From NCBI RefSeq assembly GCF_000143415.4, contig NW_003314294.1:1782322-1846321 (forward strand): DNA of 64,000 bases, given 5' to 3'. A program made the translations under genes and the position numbers. Positions 53,401-64,000 of the stretch are shown piece by piece. The stretch is from Selaginella moellendorffii (Eukaryota > Plantae > Lycopodiophyta). How positions within the stretch are numbered: the first letter of the stretch is position 1; every line of letters starts with the position of its first letter. Below the pieces are notes generated by a model. The model was not told the origin of the DNA and ran no database searches. It saw nothing but the letters and a program-made list of their open reading frames with translations.

Positions 53401-54169
53401 CGGCCCGGTATGGGTACCTCTCGCCCCCCACTTCCATCCCGAAGGAAGGCCCAAGCCCCTAGGAAGGGCGAGGACCAATGAGCCGCATGGTACTCAAGTG
53501 GGGCACCACTCCACATGAGCCGGGAGCACCGCAATCGGTTTCCCTTTCGGGAGTGGGAGCTGCTCTTGAGCACTTCCTTGGATGCCCCCTCCGGCACCAA
53601 CCAAGTCCATGCTCACTCCCACCCAAGGCCCCTCGGTCCCAGTCCCAACCTCAAGTCAGTTTGGGAGCCCCACTGGAGAGTCCCTTCTAAACTGGTTCCT
53701 GGACCTCACTATCCCTACTATACTTTTGGAACCCTCTGCAGCCCCCCCCCCCCCCCTGGGAGACGCACGCTTTGGGCTTTCACCCCTTGACCCGTATTAG
53801 TATTTGGACTTAGTCTTTGGCTCGATCTCGGATCCGATTTCGGATCCAACTTTGGATTCGGTTTCGGACTCGATCTCGGACTCGATCTCGGACCCGATCT
53901 CGGACCCGACCTCGGACTCGACCTCGGACTCGGTCTCGGATCCGATTTCGGATCTTGGGCTCCGTCTCGAACTCGGTCTCGAACTCGGACTCGAACTCGG
54001 TCCCCGAGTCGGTCTCGGACTCGATTCCGGACTCGATCTCGAACTCGGTCCTAGAGTCGGTCTTGGACTCGATCTTCGACTTGGTCCCATCCGATAAACT
54101 CTTTGTCATTTTGGTCATGCTTTTGGGGTTCCTTTAGCCTATGACACCTCGGCGAGTTGGTTCCTTACA
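47429..54169 (-). mobile_element. Ty3/Gypsy chromovirus, copy C, with internal integrase deletion
   Basis: 3' LTR 47429-48576; 5' LTR 53018-54169; PBS ~53003-53014; ~0.8-kb deletion near 49585; intron 2 retained at 49362-49413. Confidence 0.93.
48980..52958 (-). pseudogene. Chromovirus gag-pol (copy C), stop at 52146-52148, integrase core deleted
   Basis: VYVPKGGLR is joined directly to [10 protein letters not shown]. Confidence 0.88.
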
Positions 54170-54177
54170 ACTTGGAT

Positions 54178-54372
54178 TGTAAGCAACCAAAGGGAACGAC
54201 TCGAGAGACGGTCCATGGGGTTCAAATATAGAGGGAAAGGGCCCATGAATAAGAGTGCACCCCCTTTTCCAATCGGTTAAGGGTCTTGGGATATTTGGGG
54301 TTAAGCGTCCTTGGGTGTGAATAGTACTGGGCTGGGTGACCTCCTGGGAAGTCCAAATTCGAGGAGCTTACA
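54178..54372 (+). mobile_element. Cassandra-type (5S-containing) TRIM LTR, single copy
   Basis: TGTAAGC...GCTTACA termini; 54300-54354 GTTAAGCGTCCTTGGGTGTGAATAGTACTGGGCTGGGTGACCTCCTGGGAAGTCC matches the 5S rRNA internal promoter region (A box, IE, C box). Confidence 0.85.
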
Positions 54373-54690
54373 CCATGTTAGTTGAATTCAATTTCGTTGG
54401 CGTTTATTAAACCATAAACTAATGGATTTTTTTCCACGTTTTTTCATGACCATTATTTTTTTTCCATTTTTTTCATATTTTTACTCCAACAATTTGCTGT
54501 AATCTGTATATATTATATAATATAATATATAAAATTATTATTACGAAGGCTACATGCTGCATTCTCACTAGAATAGTGTTAGTTTCAATTGACACACCAG
54601 TCCACTATCTATCACAATGAGGAGTTGCCGAACTTTCTGGGCCGCCGGATCCAGCCAATCGCAACCGTCCGATGGGAGGTAACTGTAAAA

Positions 54691-54977
54691 ATGCTTTATT
54701 TCGTTAAAGTGGAACTTTTCATTATCCCACTTATGGTGTGTGGCCACATGCCATTTTTATAACAACAATAAAAAATTGAAGTTTTAGCTTTATAATTCAT
54801 AAATTAAAAACTTTTCATATGATTTTGTGTTATAATATTGTGAAATATAAAAAATAAATTAAAAAACTGATAGAAATATTAATAAATATTAATTAAGTAC
54901 TAGGAAATGGCATGTGGACACATGCTAATTAATGTCCCACTTTACTGAATAAGTTCCACTTTAACGAAATAAAGCAT
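54691..54977. mobile_element. 287-bp MITE related to the Sola-like transposon
   Basis: TIR ATGCTTTATTTCGTTAAAGTGGAACTT and its reverse complement; 4-bp TSD AAAA at 54687-54690 and 54978-54981; two internal 22-bp palindromes. Confidence 0.9.
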
Positions 54978-55890
54978 AAAAGGGTTATTTCTTTAACCAC
55001 GTGTTTGTGAATAATCACGTTGATGTTTGCTCCCAGCCAATGGGAGGCGGCCAAGCCACGTGGGGCGGGAGAGGAAGGCACAGTGACACGTGGCACATGC
55101 TATGTGTTGACTGGACTGCATCTTTCCTGAAATTGCTATTACCATCCAAACTTGCATACAGATTTTTCTTGAGATCTTTTGAATTTTAAATTTTCCTGCA
55201 GAAATTGCCACTGTTGCTCCTGACGTGGATCACCTCTGCTTTAGAGAAAGGGCAGGAGAGCGATGCGCTCAAGTAAATGGCCAGTGAAGCTGCGGCTCCC
55301 AAATCTCCCAGGCAGAGATCGCACTCAAAGATATCCCACTCAATCGCCACAGCAATCCCCACGGGAACAGGTGCCAGCAGCAAATCCGGAGCTTGATGGG
55401 ATGCCTTTCTACAGTCTCGCCACCATCGCTCCTGGCCTTCTCCACCACTGCTTGAGGGAAAGGGCATAGCCCTAGAGGAGAGCGAGTAAATGGCCAGCGA
55501 AGCTGTGGCTCCCTGTCCCCGCGGGAACAGGCGCCAGCAGCAGATTCAGAGCCGCGGGCTCTAGATCCACTCCCAAGCCCCCAGTGGCAGCAACGGCACC
55601 TCCGCCAACGACAACAGAAGTGAGCGTAGCCACTGGAGAGGAGCTAGAAGATGCCACTTAGCCTCTCATACATTTTTCTTCTTTGTAATGATGTATTGAT
55701 GATGTATTGATCGAGCAATTATAGTGGGCATGATTACATTTTAAACATGAGGTTGACGGTTACCATTAAAAATCTTTATGAATATTTATTTTTAAGTGAA
55801 CATTTTTAATGCTTTACTAATAAAATAATCAACTTTACCTAAATTTATTCTGTTTTATAAATTATTATAATCTTTGAATATTTTAGGTCA

Positions 55891-58355
55891 TGTGAGTGCT
55901 TGGAATATAGAAAGGGAATACAGAAATGTGCATATCAATTAGCCCAAAAACCCTAGCTTATATACAGGAGCGAGTGGTCCGAATTGAAACCAATCCAACG
56001 GCTACCAAAATCCCACTACGCTAATATTAGTATACGGCATCGTAACCGTACACTTGGCCCTCACATCATCCCCCCCTCTCGGGATAATGGAAGACCATCA
56101 GGGTTCTCTTGTAGACGGGCCGGGATCTGGAGGAACATCAGGAGGAGGCATCGGCGAATCTGTAGATGGTATTAACTGCTCATGATCCCTTTGTATGAAG
56201 CGTTTCAACCGCTGCACATGCACAATCTCTGGAGGATCGGCTTGCTGGACATCATGCCGAACCTCATAAACTTGTGGTCCAACTTGCCGCAACACCCGAT
56301 ACGGTCCTTTCCATTGTGCAAGGAGCCCCTTAGATAAACCACGTACCGTAAGATGGGGAAAACGGACTAACACCAAATCATCCACTTTGTACTCCGCAGG
56401 TGGACGATGACGGGAGTTTTAGCGCCGTTGTTGTCCCACTTGTACGTGGCCTAAGTGTTCGGCAGACTCCACTCGGACAAGTGGAAGAATGCTTGTCAAA
56501 TATTGATCCCATGACCTAGCATCTGCAACTCGTGGCAATCGCGAAGGTAAACCCAGCTCCGTTGGTAATATTGGATCATGACCATATAGAAGTTTATATG
56601 GTGAAGCACCAACAGAACTCTGCACCCCAGTGACATATGCATACTGAAGAGACGGCAAATAACCATCCCAATCCGAATGCTGAAAGTTCACATACTTCGC
56701 AATCATCCCCTTGAATGTCCGAACGAGCCGTTCCACCAGACTGTCTGATTGTGGATGATAAGCACTCGTGAAAGTGTGGCGAATCCCTAACCGAGACGTC
56801 AAAACATGAAACGCCTCAGCCATAAATGCGGGACCATTATCCAAAAGAATCCGCTCTGGACAAGAATGCTGGAACACCACTCGATTGAGGAGGAAGTATC
56901 CAACAGCAGTTGCAGAGGCACTAGCAAAAGCACCAACTTCCACCCAACGAGTCAAATAGTCAGAAGCAATAATAACATACTCATTGCTAGCAGTTGACCG
57001 TGGAAAAGGTCCCATAAGATCAAACACCACCAACTCAAACGGACGGGAAACTGCAATTGACTCCAACCGTCCTTCCGCAGCCCGAAGGGGAGTATTACGA
57101 GCTTGGCACCAAACGCAGCTACGCACATACCGGATAATATCACGTCGCATCTCCGGCCAATAGAAAGATCTGCGTAGCTTCTCAATTACACGACGATATC
57201 CCATATGCCCACCTAGAACAGGAGAATCATGGTAGGCATGGAGAAACCGCGGAATAAAAATAAAAGGCACCACCAGCCGTAAATGATCAAATATAGAAAT
57301 GTGCATCTCAATTAGCCCAAAAACCCTAGCTTATATACAGGAGCGAGTGGTCCGAATTGAAACCAATCCAACGGCTACCAAAATCCCACTACGCTAATAT
57401 TAGTATACGGCATCGTAACCGTACACTTGGCCCTCACATCATCCCCCCCTCTCGGGATAATGGAAGACCATCAGGGTTCTCTTGTAGATGGGCCGGGATT
57501 TGGAGGAACATCAGGAGGAGGCATCGGCGAATCTGTAGATGGTATTAACTGCTCATGATCCCTTTGTATGAAGCGTTTCAACTGCTGCACATGCACAATC
57601 TTTGGAGGATCGGCCTGCTGGACATCATGCCGAACCTCATAAACTTGTGGTCCAACTTGCCGCAACACCCGATACGGTCCTTTCCACTGTGCAAGGAGCC
57701 CTTTAGATAAACCACGTACCGTAAGATGGGGAAAACGGACTAACACCAAATCATCCACTTTGTACTCCGCAGGTGGACGATGACGGGAGTTGTAGCACCG
57801 TTGTTGTCCCACTTGTACGCGGCCTAAGTGTTCGGCAGACTCCACTCGGACAAGTGGAAGAATGCTTGTCAAATATTGATCCCATGACCTAGCATCTGCA
57901 GCTCGTGGCAATCGTGAAGGTAAACCCAGCTCCGTTGGTAATATTGGATCATGACCATATAGAAGTTTATATGGTGAAGCACCAACAGAACTCTGCACCC
58001 CAGTGACATATGCATACCGAAGAGACGGCAAATAACCATCCCAATCCGAATGCTGAAAGTTCACATACTTCGCAATCATCCCCTTGAATGTCCGAACGAG
58101 CCGTTCCACCAGACTGTCTGATTGTGGATGATAAGCACTCGTGAAAGTGTGGCGAATCCCTAACCGAGACGTCAAAACATGAAACGCCTCAGCCATAAAT
58201 GCGGGACCATTATCCAAAAGAATCCGCTCTGGACAAGAATGCTGGAACACCACTCGATTGAGGAGGAAGTATCCAACAGCAGTTGCAGAGGCACTAGCAA
58301 AAGCACCAACTTCCACCCAACGAGTCAAATAGTCAGAAGCAATAATAACATACTC
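55891..58355 (-). mobile_element. 3' part of a second Gypsy family (integrase-PPT-short LTR), tandemly duplicated with a 1,373-bp period
   Basis: Integrase HDSPVLGGH...CVWC, FDLMGP, LDNG, YHPQSDSLVE, GPY; PPT GAGAGGGGGGGATGA; LTR 55891-56065 (TGTGAG...CTCACA); second, truncated LTR ends at 57438. Confidence 0.85.
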
Positions 58356-61300
58356 AAGCTCTATTTCGTTAAAGTGGGATTTATTCAGTAAAATGGGACT
58401 AGGTACAAATTTTCAAGTATTTGAAAATGACGTGAAATTATATGTTTTTTGTCCAGGGGCTAGACATATCTGGGGCATGGTGACTAGCGCGGTGACCTTA
58501 TGTCCAGACTGAGTCCATCTAGTTGTATAATAAATCTCATTGTCAAGGTGAACAAGCCGAATCTGAAGCTAAAGAAGAGCGATGGCATGCGCGCACACAC
58601 TATTTGTTTGTTCATTGAGCGTGTGGTGAGCTTTCCAAGATGAACATCATTCCTATTAGCCAGACATATAACTTAATGGTGAGAACATTTAGATATTATT
58701 CAATGTTATCTTTTTCTAACGAATCTAATTGTGAAGGTGTAGCAAGAGGCATTGCTAGTCTGGAGAAGTCATTTAACTCATTTGACCCTTAGTGTATTTT
58801 CATGAAACTAAATAACATTCATATTATTAAGGAATTTCTCTAGTACCTTTTTTTTACGACATAGAGGCTTGCATTTCTTTCAAAGGTGATTTAGTAAAAG
58901 GCCTGAGGGCACATGCCATTCTATTTCTCCGACCGGTATTAAGATATACTAGTGCAAAGGGAAAAAGGTATTTGGTGATCAAGTAAATGGCATGAGGGCA
59001 CACGCCATTATAAGCCTAAGCGCTAGTGGACACCTCCTTTTTGGTACTCTCAGCGGTACTATCATCCTTCTCCGGGTCAGTTGTTTTGCTTTGGATTGTT
59101 GTCTCTGACGTTACTGGGGCGTTCTCGATAGTTGTTAATGTTGCCGTTTGTTCAGAAAAATGATCACCTGGAGTATAGTACGGGGAGTTTGGAAGACTTA
59201 TATATTCTACATCTTCACCTATCTCCTTCTCCGTCTCCTTTTCTGCCTCACTTATAGATTTTGTGCTTGCCATGAGAACGCTCTTCACCCTAAAATATGG
59301 AGTTCGTTGTGTTATAAAAGGAAACCAACACACACGCTGCAAGGGAATGATGGTACATAAAGCACGTAAGCCCACAATATGGGTTTATGTGCCATTAATA
59401 TGGGCCACACGCCATATTATTAGATTTATGCACGTGTGATTGGTAAATGCATATGTCACATCATCTTTGTTTTACCTCACACACTATATCAAGCCTCCTC
59501 TGATTCAGATTCGGATTGTTCACCTTGAAATAAAATACATTAGAAACTTTGTAAAGGAATATTAATGAATCTCACCTTGAACCCGAGTTATGAATGCTCT
59601 TGCTGCATCTCTTGCATGGTCTGGCAAGGTGATGGTGGCACTCTGCTTCCGCATCCAACCATGCACAACATTATCCACCGATATGCTCATGCTGGGATCC
59701 CTTGGATTCAGCACCCATCTCTTTTCTAGGCAATCCTTCGTATATCCGGAACTTGGCTTGAACCACTCCACAGTTACATTGAAGGAGTTAGTTTCCGCGT
59801 CCTCCTCTGCATCAGTGATGCAGCGCCCCACCCATATCATTTGTTTTTTATTACTGGGTCTGACAAGCACGACCATTCCTTTGCAGACCTGTACTGGATT
59901 GAATGCTGAATCCGGCTTCTTGTTCCTCGGCCCACAATAGTGATCCTCAACATCGTTATCTGTCACTGCATTTCCAGAGGACATTGTTCCGCTACTATCT
60001 GGTGCTCTGGGTTCTGGCCAAAAGGACTCTTCCAATTCTTCATATACAACCGGCCCATTTTGGATAGCAGATATAATCTTCTCCCAGTATTCGAGCAAAG
60101 GCTTGCACCTCTGAAAATAGGATTCTCCACCAAACACCAACCCCCTCTTCCAGAAGGCAATATGCTGTCTAATCCCGGCCACTATACTTTCCTGGTCTTT
60201 GAGTCCATCCGGGTGCATCGGCCGTGGGGAACCCTGAGGAATCATAGGTTCCCCAGTTATGGGATCTCTCTTGAAGAGTTCAATGCCGTCCACTGGCAGC
60301 CACACTGTGTCCCATTCTCTCATCTTGTACCTCATCACTGGAGCACCGTCACACATGCTGAAATGAAACTGAAGAGGCTTGGAGTGGCCAATCAGCGTTT
60401 CGGATCCATCCCTGATGTAGCCTCTTACAAACCCCTTAAAGTCTGGAACCTCTGTCAGAAGTGCAGCTTCAACAGTGCCTTTGATGCAATTTTGGAATTC
60501 ATCGTAGAGTTGTGGGAGGGTGAGGACATTGGATCGCCGGAGGGACTCTGCCAGGTGACTGAACATGGCATCGACGTCTTCATGAGTGTGCCCAACCATG
60601 AGAAAGCCAAGTGTAACCGTTTCAAATATGCCTTTGGCAACAAGCATCGCCAAGTACGCGAAGACGTACATGTTTTTGTTCTCACTGCCAGCATTGTCTG
60701 TTTGGAGCAGAAGATGGGGTGGAAGGCCACATCGGCCGCAAGAACTTCCTTGAGATTCTGCTTCGTTTGGATGAGGCTGTGCATTCACCGGGCGACCAGC
60801 CTCGTCGGAATGGCATGAGGCCTCACGTGATAACCCTACAATCTGACGGCCAACATATTCACTGGGATGGCATGGGGCCCCACGCGATACTGCAAGCCTT
60901 TGCTCCTCCTCCAGCTGAACCCTGTATGGGGTTCGATCGACAAGGGCCTTATGCAAGGGTTGGCCGTTCAGCTCAGTCTGCGCACTTTGCAGAGACCTTA
61001 AGTGTTTTGCTAGGGACGCAATCATCATGTTTGCACCCCCGCCACCCCATAGAGGTACAAAGAAGTTCCCATAGTTCTGGGCACCATGCCCATGAGCGAT
61101 TATGCCAAACAGAGACACAGGCAGCTGCATGGATGAAGAGATTGCCTTGGGGGCAGGATTGAGTCGAGGTAAGCACGTCTTTTTCTGGTCCATTTTGTCG
61201 TGGATGATGCAGAGGTAAGAGTCAGGTCTCTCCATGGAGAGAATCCTGTTATGATAATATGCAGTCCTGCAGCTTCTCTGCTCGATGTTGTGGTCGAGCC

Positions 61301-63930
61301 GCCTTCTAACCAACGTCTCTCGCTCTTGAGCGCTGCAAGAATTCTTCGACAAAGCCATTTTGATAGCAGTGCACTCGTCACACTTTGAAAAGCTGGAGTA
61401 CTTTCCTATACTCACATCCCTGAACCTGTTGCTCCACAATCTACTAAATCTAGATTGGCTCAGCTTCCTGTAGCCATTACTCTGGAGTTCCCGATTCACA
61501 TCTTCCAATATGGCCCCCTTGGTATACATGGAAGGGAGAACTCGTTGGGTGTCTCGTGTTCCATCTTCCAAGAGGCGGGTTTTATGTGGTTGCTGCTCGC
61601 TACATGTCTCGACAAACCTCTTGAAGATTGCCTCTCCATATACAACATGACCCCTGGTTTTGTGCGTACCGTCGTTCCCATGGACTGCCTGTTGAACCCT
61701 TTGTTCCTCGAACTCAGTTTTGATTCTGTAAAATGTGGTTCGAGGGACTCCATAAATGATTCTCCATGCCTTCATGCAGACCAAACCCCTCTGGAAGACC
61801 ATGCCCCCCACCTGATGTTCTGAAGCATCAACAGATGACCGTAATGCCTCATACACAAAATTGCGAGCTGCCTTCCAGGACAATGTCTTGTATCTTGCTC
61901 TCTCCTCTTCAATAGCATCCCAATCAGCATGTTGACAGCACCTCCTCTTGCAACAAGCAACTGTCGAGACCATTCGAACCTCCATCGCCATTTTCTGCCT
62001 TTTCGGTTCGTTGCTCGATCCCTTTGGCTGCGCTTTAGGAAGGTGTACTTTCTTTTCCCATGAAGAGATGTTCTGTCATCAGTTGTAGTGGTGTTTGATT
62101 GTGAATCCTTCACATTCTCAAACACTAAGTGCCTCAATTTCCACCGCACAATGCTTCCAATAGTCAGACTGTTTTCTTCTGTGTCAACAACCTCTAAAAT
62201 CGCAACTCCAATATCATCCCAGCCCAATTCTTGATTAGCAACCGCATCTCTTGGATCGACAACTGTGGCTAAGCCCTCAGCTACCACCTCCCCCTCGGGG
62301 TTGTTTAGAAACACTTTTGCCTGAATCCATGTAGCACGGTTCTTAAGATCCACGGAGGGAACATGCGTCGCACTTGCGCTGTCCCCAACATCTGCTTTCT
62401 TCTGAAGATTTTTCAAGGCAACAACAACATTTACCCCGACGACCATCTCTCCTCGTTCAATAGCGACCACATTCCCATCGAAGACAGTCTCTACTGATAC
62501 AGCAGCATTGCCTTCCCCAAGCCTTTCACAGTGTATAACAAAGTTCCGATCCATAGACACAAGGGTCCCTTTTGCAACTCTCTTCCCACCATTCAAAATG
62601 TAAACCTTTTCCCCAACCCTGAAGGCCATTCTGAAAGTGCAGAAAAGAAGTTAAGACCATACAAAAAATGATTGGAGAATGGCCTAAATCATAACATACC
62701 AAACAACCTCAATAGCATGAGGCCACATGCCATTATTCAAACATGCTATTGACACCCACGTGAAATTTCGCATTCACAAAGTTGGCATGAGGCCTCATGC
62801 CATCTTGATATACACACAGCTGCAGGCAAGTAAAAACATACATGACAATACGCTAGCCATGAAATTGCAAGGGCCCAAGATGGCATGTGGCCTCATGCCA
62901 TTTCTAAATGTGGTCCTAAGCCATTCCATGGTGAACATACCAGGAAGCACAAGTGCCGAATATCAAGAGGAAGCGGTAGCCACACCAAAGACAGTGCCGC
63001 TCGCAACACCGCAACTACTCGTAGCGCCGCTCGCAACACCGCAACTGCTCGTAGCGCCGCTCGCACAAACTGCCACTCGCATAAACTGCCGCTCGCAATG
63101 GCGCTCGCAATGCCGCAACCGCTCGTAGACGCATAAACCACAGCCCACAACGCCGCTTACACAAGCAGCGCTCACTGCGCTCAGCGGAACCAAGAACACG
63201 GCGCACAAAAATGATAGACCTAGGAATGAGTTCGAGAATTCAAAAATAACACACGCTTGAACGTCACATCAAATCCTCTGACAAACCAGATCTTATGATT
63301 CCTCTGACAAATTTCAAACTGAGTAGCTTCTAGACTTTGCTGTCAGAGGTTGAGCTTTGTCACATCATGTCCTTGCCTCGATCCAGCTGTGCCATGTCAG
63401 TGATTCGAACTTTGCCATGCCATGTCAGCGATCCGCGCCAAGATTATTCGCCGTGTAAAGGAATAATTACGCTGTGTGTGTACGTCCATTTATGGCAATA
63501 TAAGGCCACACGCCATTCAAAGAATAATGCTCGACATAAGGCCACACGCCATTCAAAGAATAATGCTAGTCGAGCATTTTTTGGTGCATTTTTGGGTTCA
63601 AAATTGCATGAGCCCACACGCTATAAAGTTTACCTGTACCAAAAATAGAAACAGCTTTATTTACTTGGGAATTTAAGTGGTTGAGGCATTTTTAAACTTA
63701 CAAACACATGCCCTACTTACATTCCTTTGGTTGCCTAAAATTCAAAAATATTATAAACCTTTCTTTTTGCATTTTCAATGTTTTCAATTATGGTTTTTGA
63801 TTTTCGCAGGACCAGCCTAGTAATCTATTTGCATCCCGTCATGTTTATAGCTAGCTTTCGTTCGTCCCCTTCGCTAGCCTGAGATACATCTGCTCGGCAT
63901 CTGCCTCTTACAGCATTTGCCCAGAAAGGG
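58356..63930 (-). mobile_element. Sola-like DNA transposon, copy 3 (inverted; similarity ends at 63930)
   Basis: TIR at 58356-58379; inserted after ACTC in the Gypsy integrase; reverse complement of ~38788-44327. Confidence 0.9.
59562..62629 (-). pseudogene. Sola-like transposase, copy 3, with a single 1-bp frameshift near 62017
   Basis: GGATCGAGC vs GGATCTGAGC in copy 2; otherwise open. Confidence 0.88.
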
Positions 63931-64000
63931 AACGACCATAATATGATAGTTTGGCGTGACCGGTGCGTGACTGCCGTCTTCCTCCTTCCTTTGGCTCCCT

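Noticed and set aside
54300-54354. 5S rRNA gene
   Set aside because: Only the ~55-bp internal promoter part is present, embedded in TG...CA LTR termini, which is the Cassandra hallmark
56098-58328. Ginger-type DNA transposon or domesticated integrase
   Set aside because: Followed by a PPT and an LTR with TG...CA ends, so it is the 3' part of an LTR retrotransposon

Overview
Eukaryotic land-plant repeat-rich DNA. Evidence: TTTAGGG-type telomere repeats, a PLS-class PPR relic, a bulb-type lectin gene and ~50-nt introns. This fits a lycophyte such as Selaginella, but the species is inference only. The window is mostly nested transposons. (1) Three copies of a ~13.2-kb Sola-like DNA transposon (24-bp TIRs, 4-bp TSD; complete copy 31106-44327). 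It carries a DDD transposase and a divergent, apparently intact ~1,630-aa spliced accessory gene (ParB/Srx-like domain, degenerate amino-methyltransferase-like fold, acidic tract, FCP1-type HAD phosphatase). About 25 copies of a 22-bp palindrome are spread across it, and a related 287-bp MITE is also present. (2) Three copies of a Ty3/Gypsy chromovirus whose integrase is split by two short GT-AG introns retained in the genomic copies. (3) One chromovirus copy is fused end-to-end to a 5S-containing Cassandra-type LTR, and the composite shares one TSD. Also present: a TRIM, other LTR relics, a Penelope-like RT fragment and a local duplication/hairpin near the lectin gene. Domain calls come from motif recognition by eye, not database searches.
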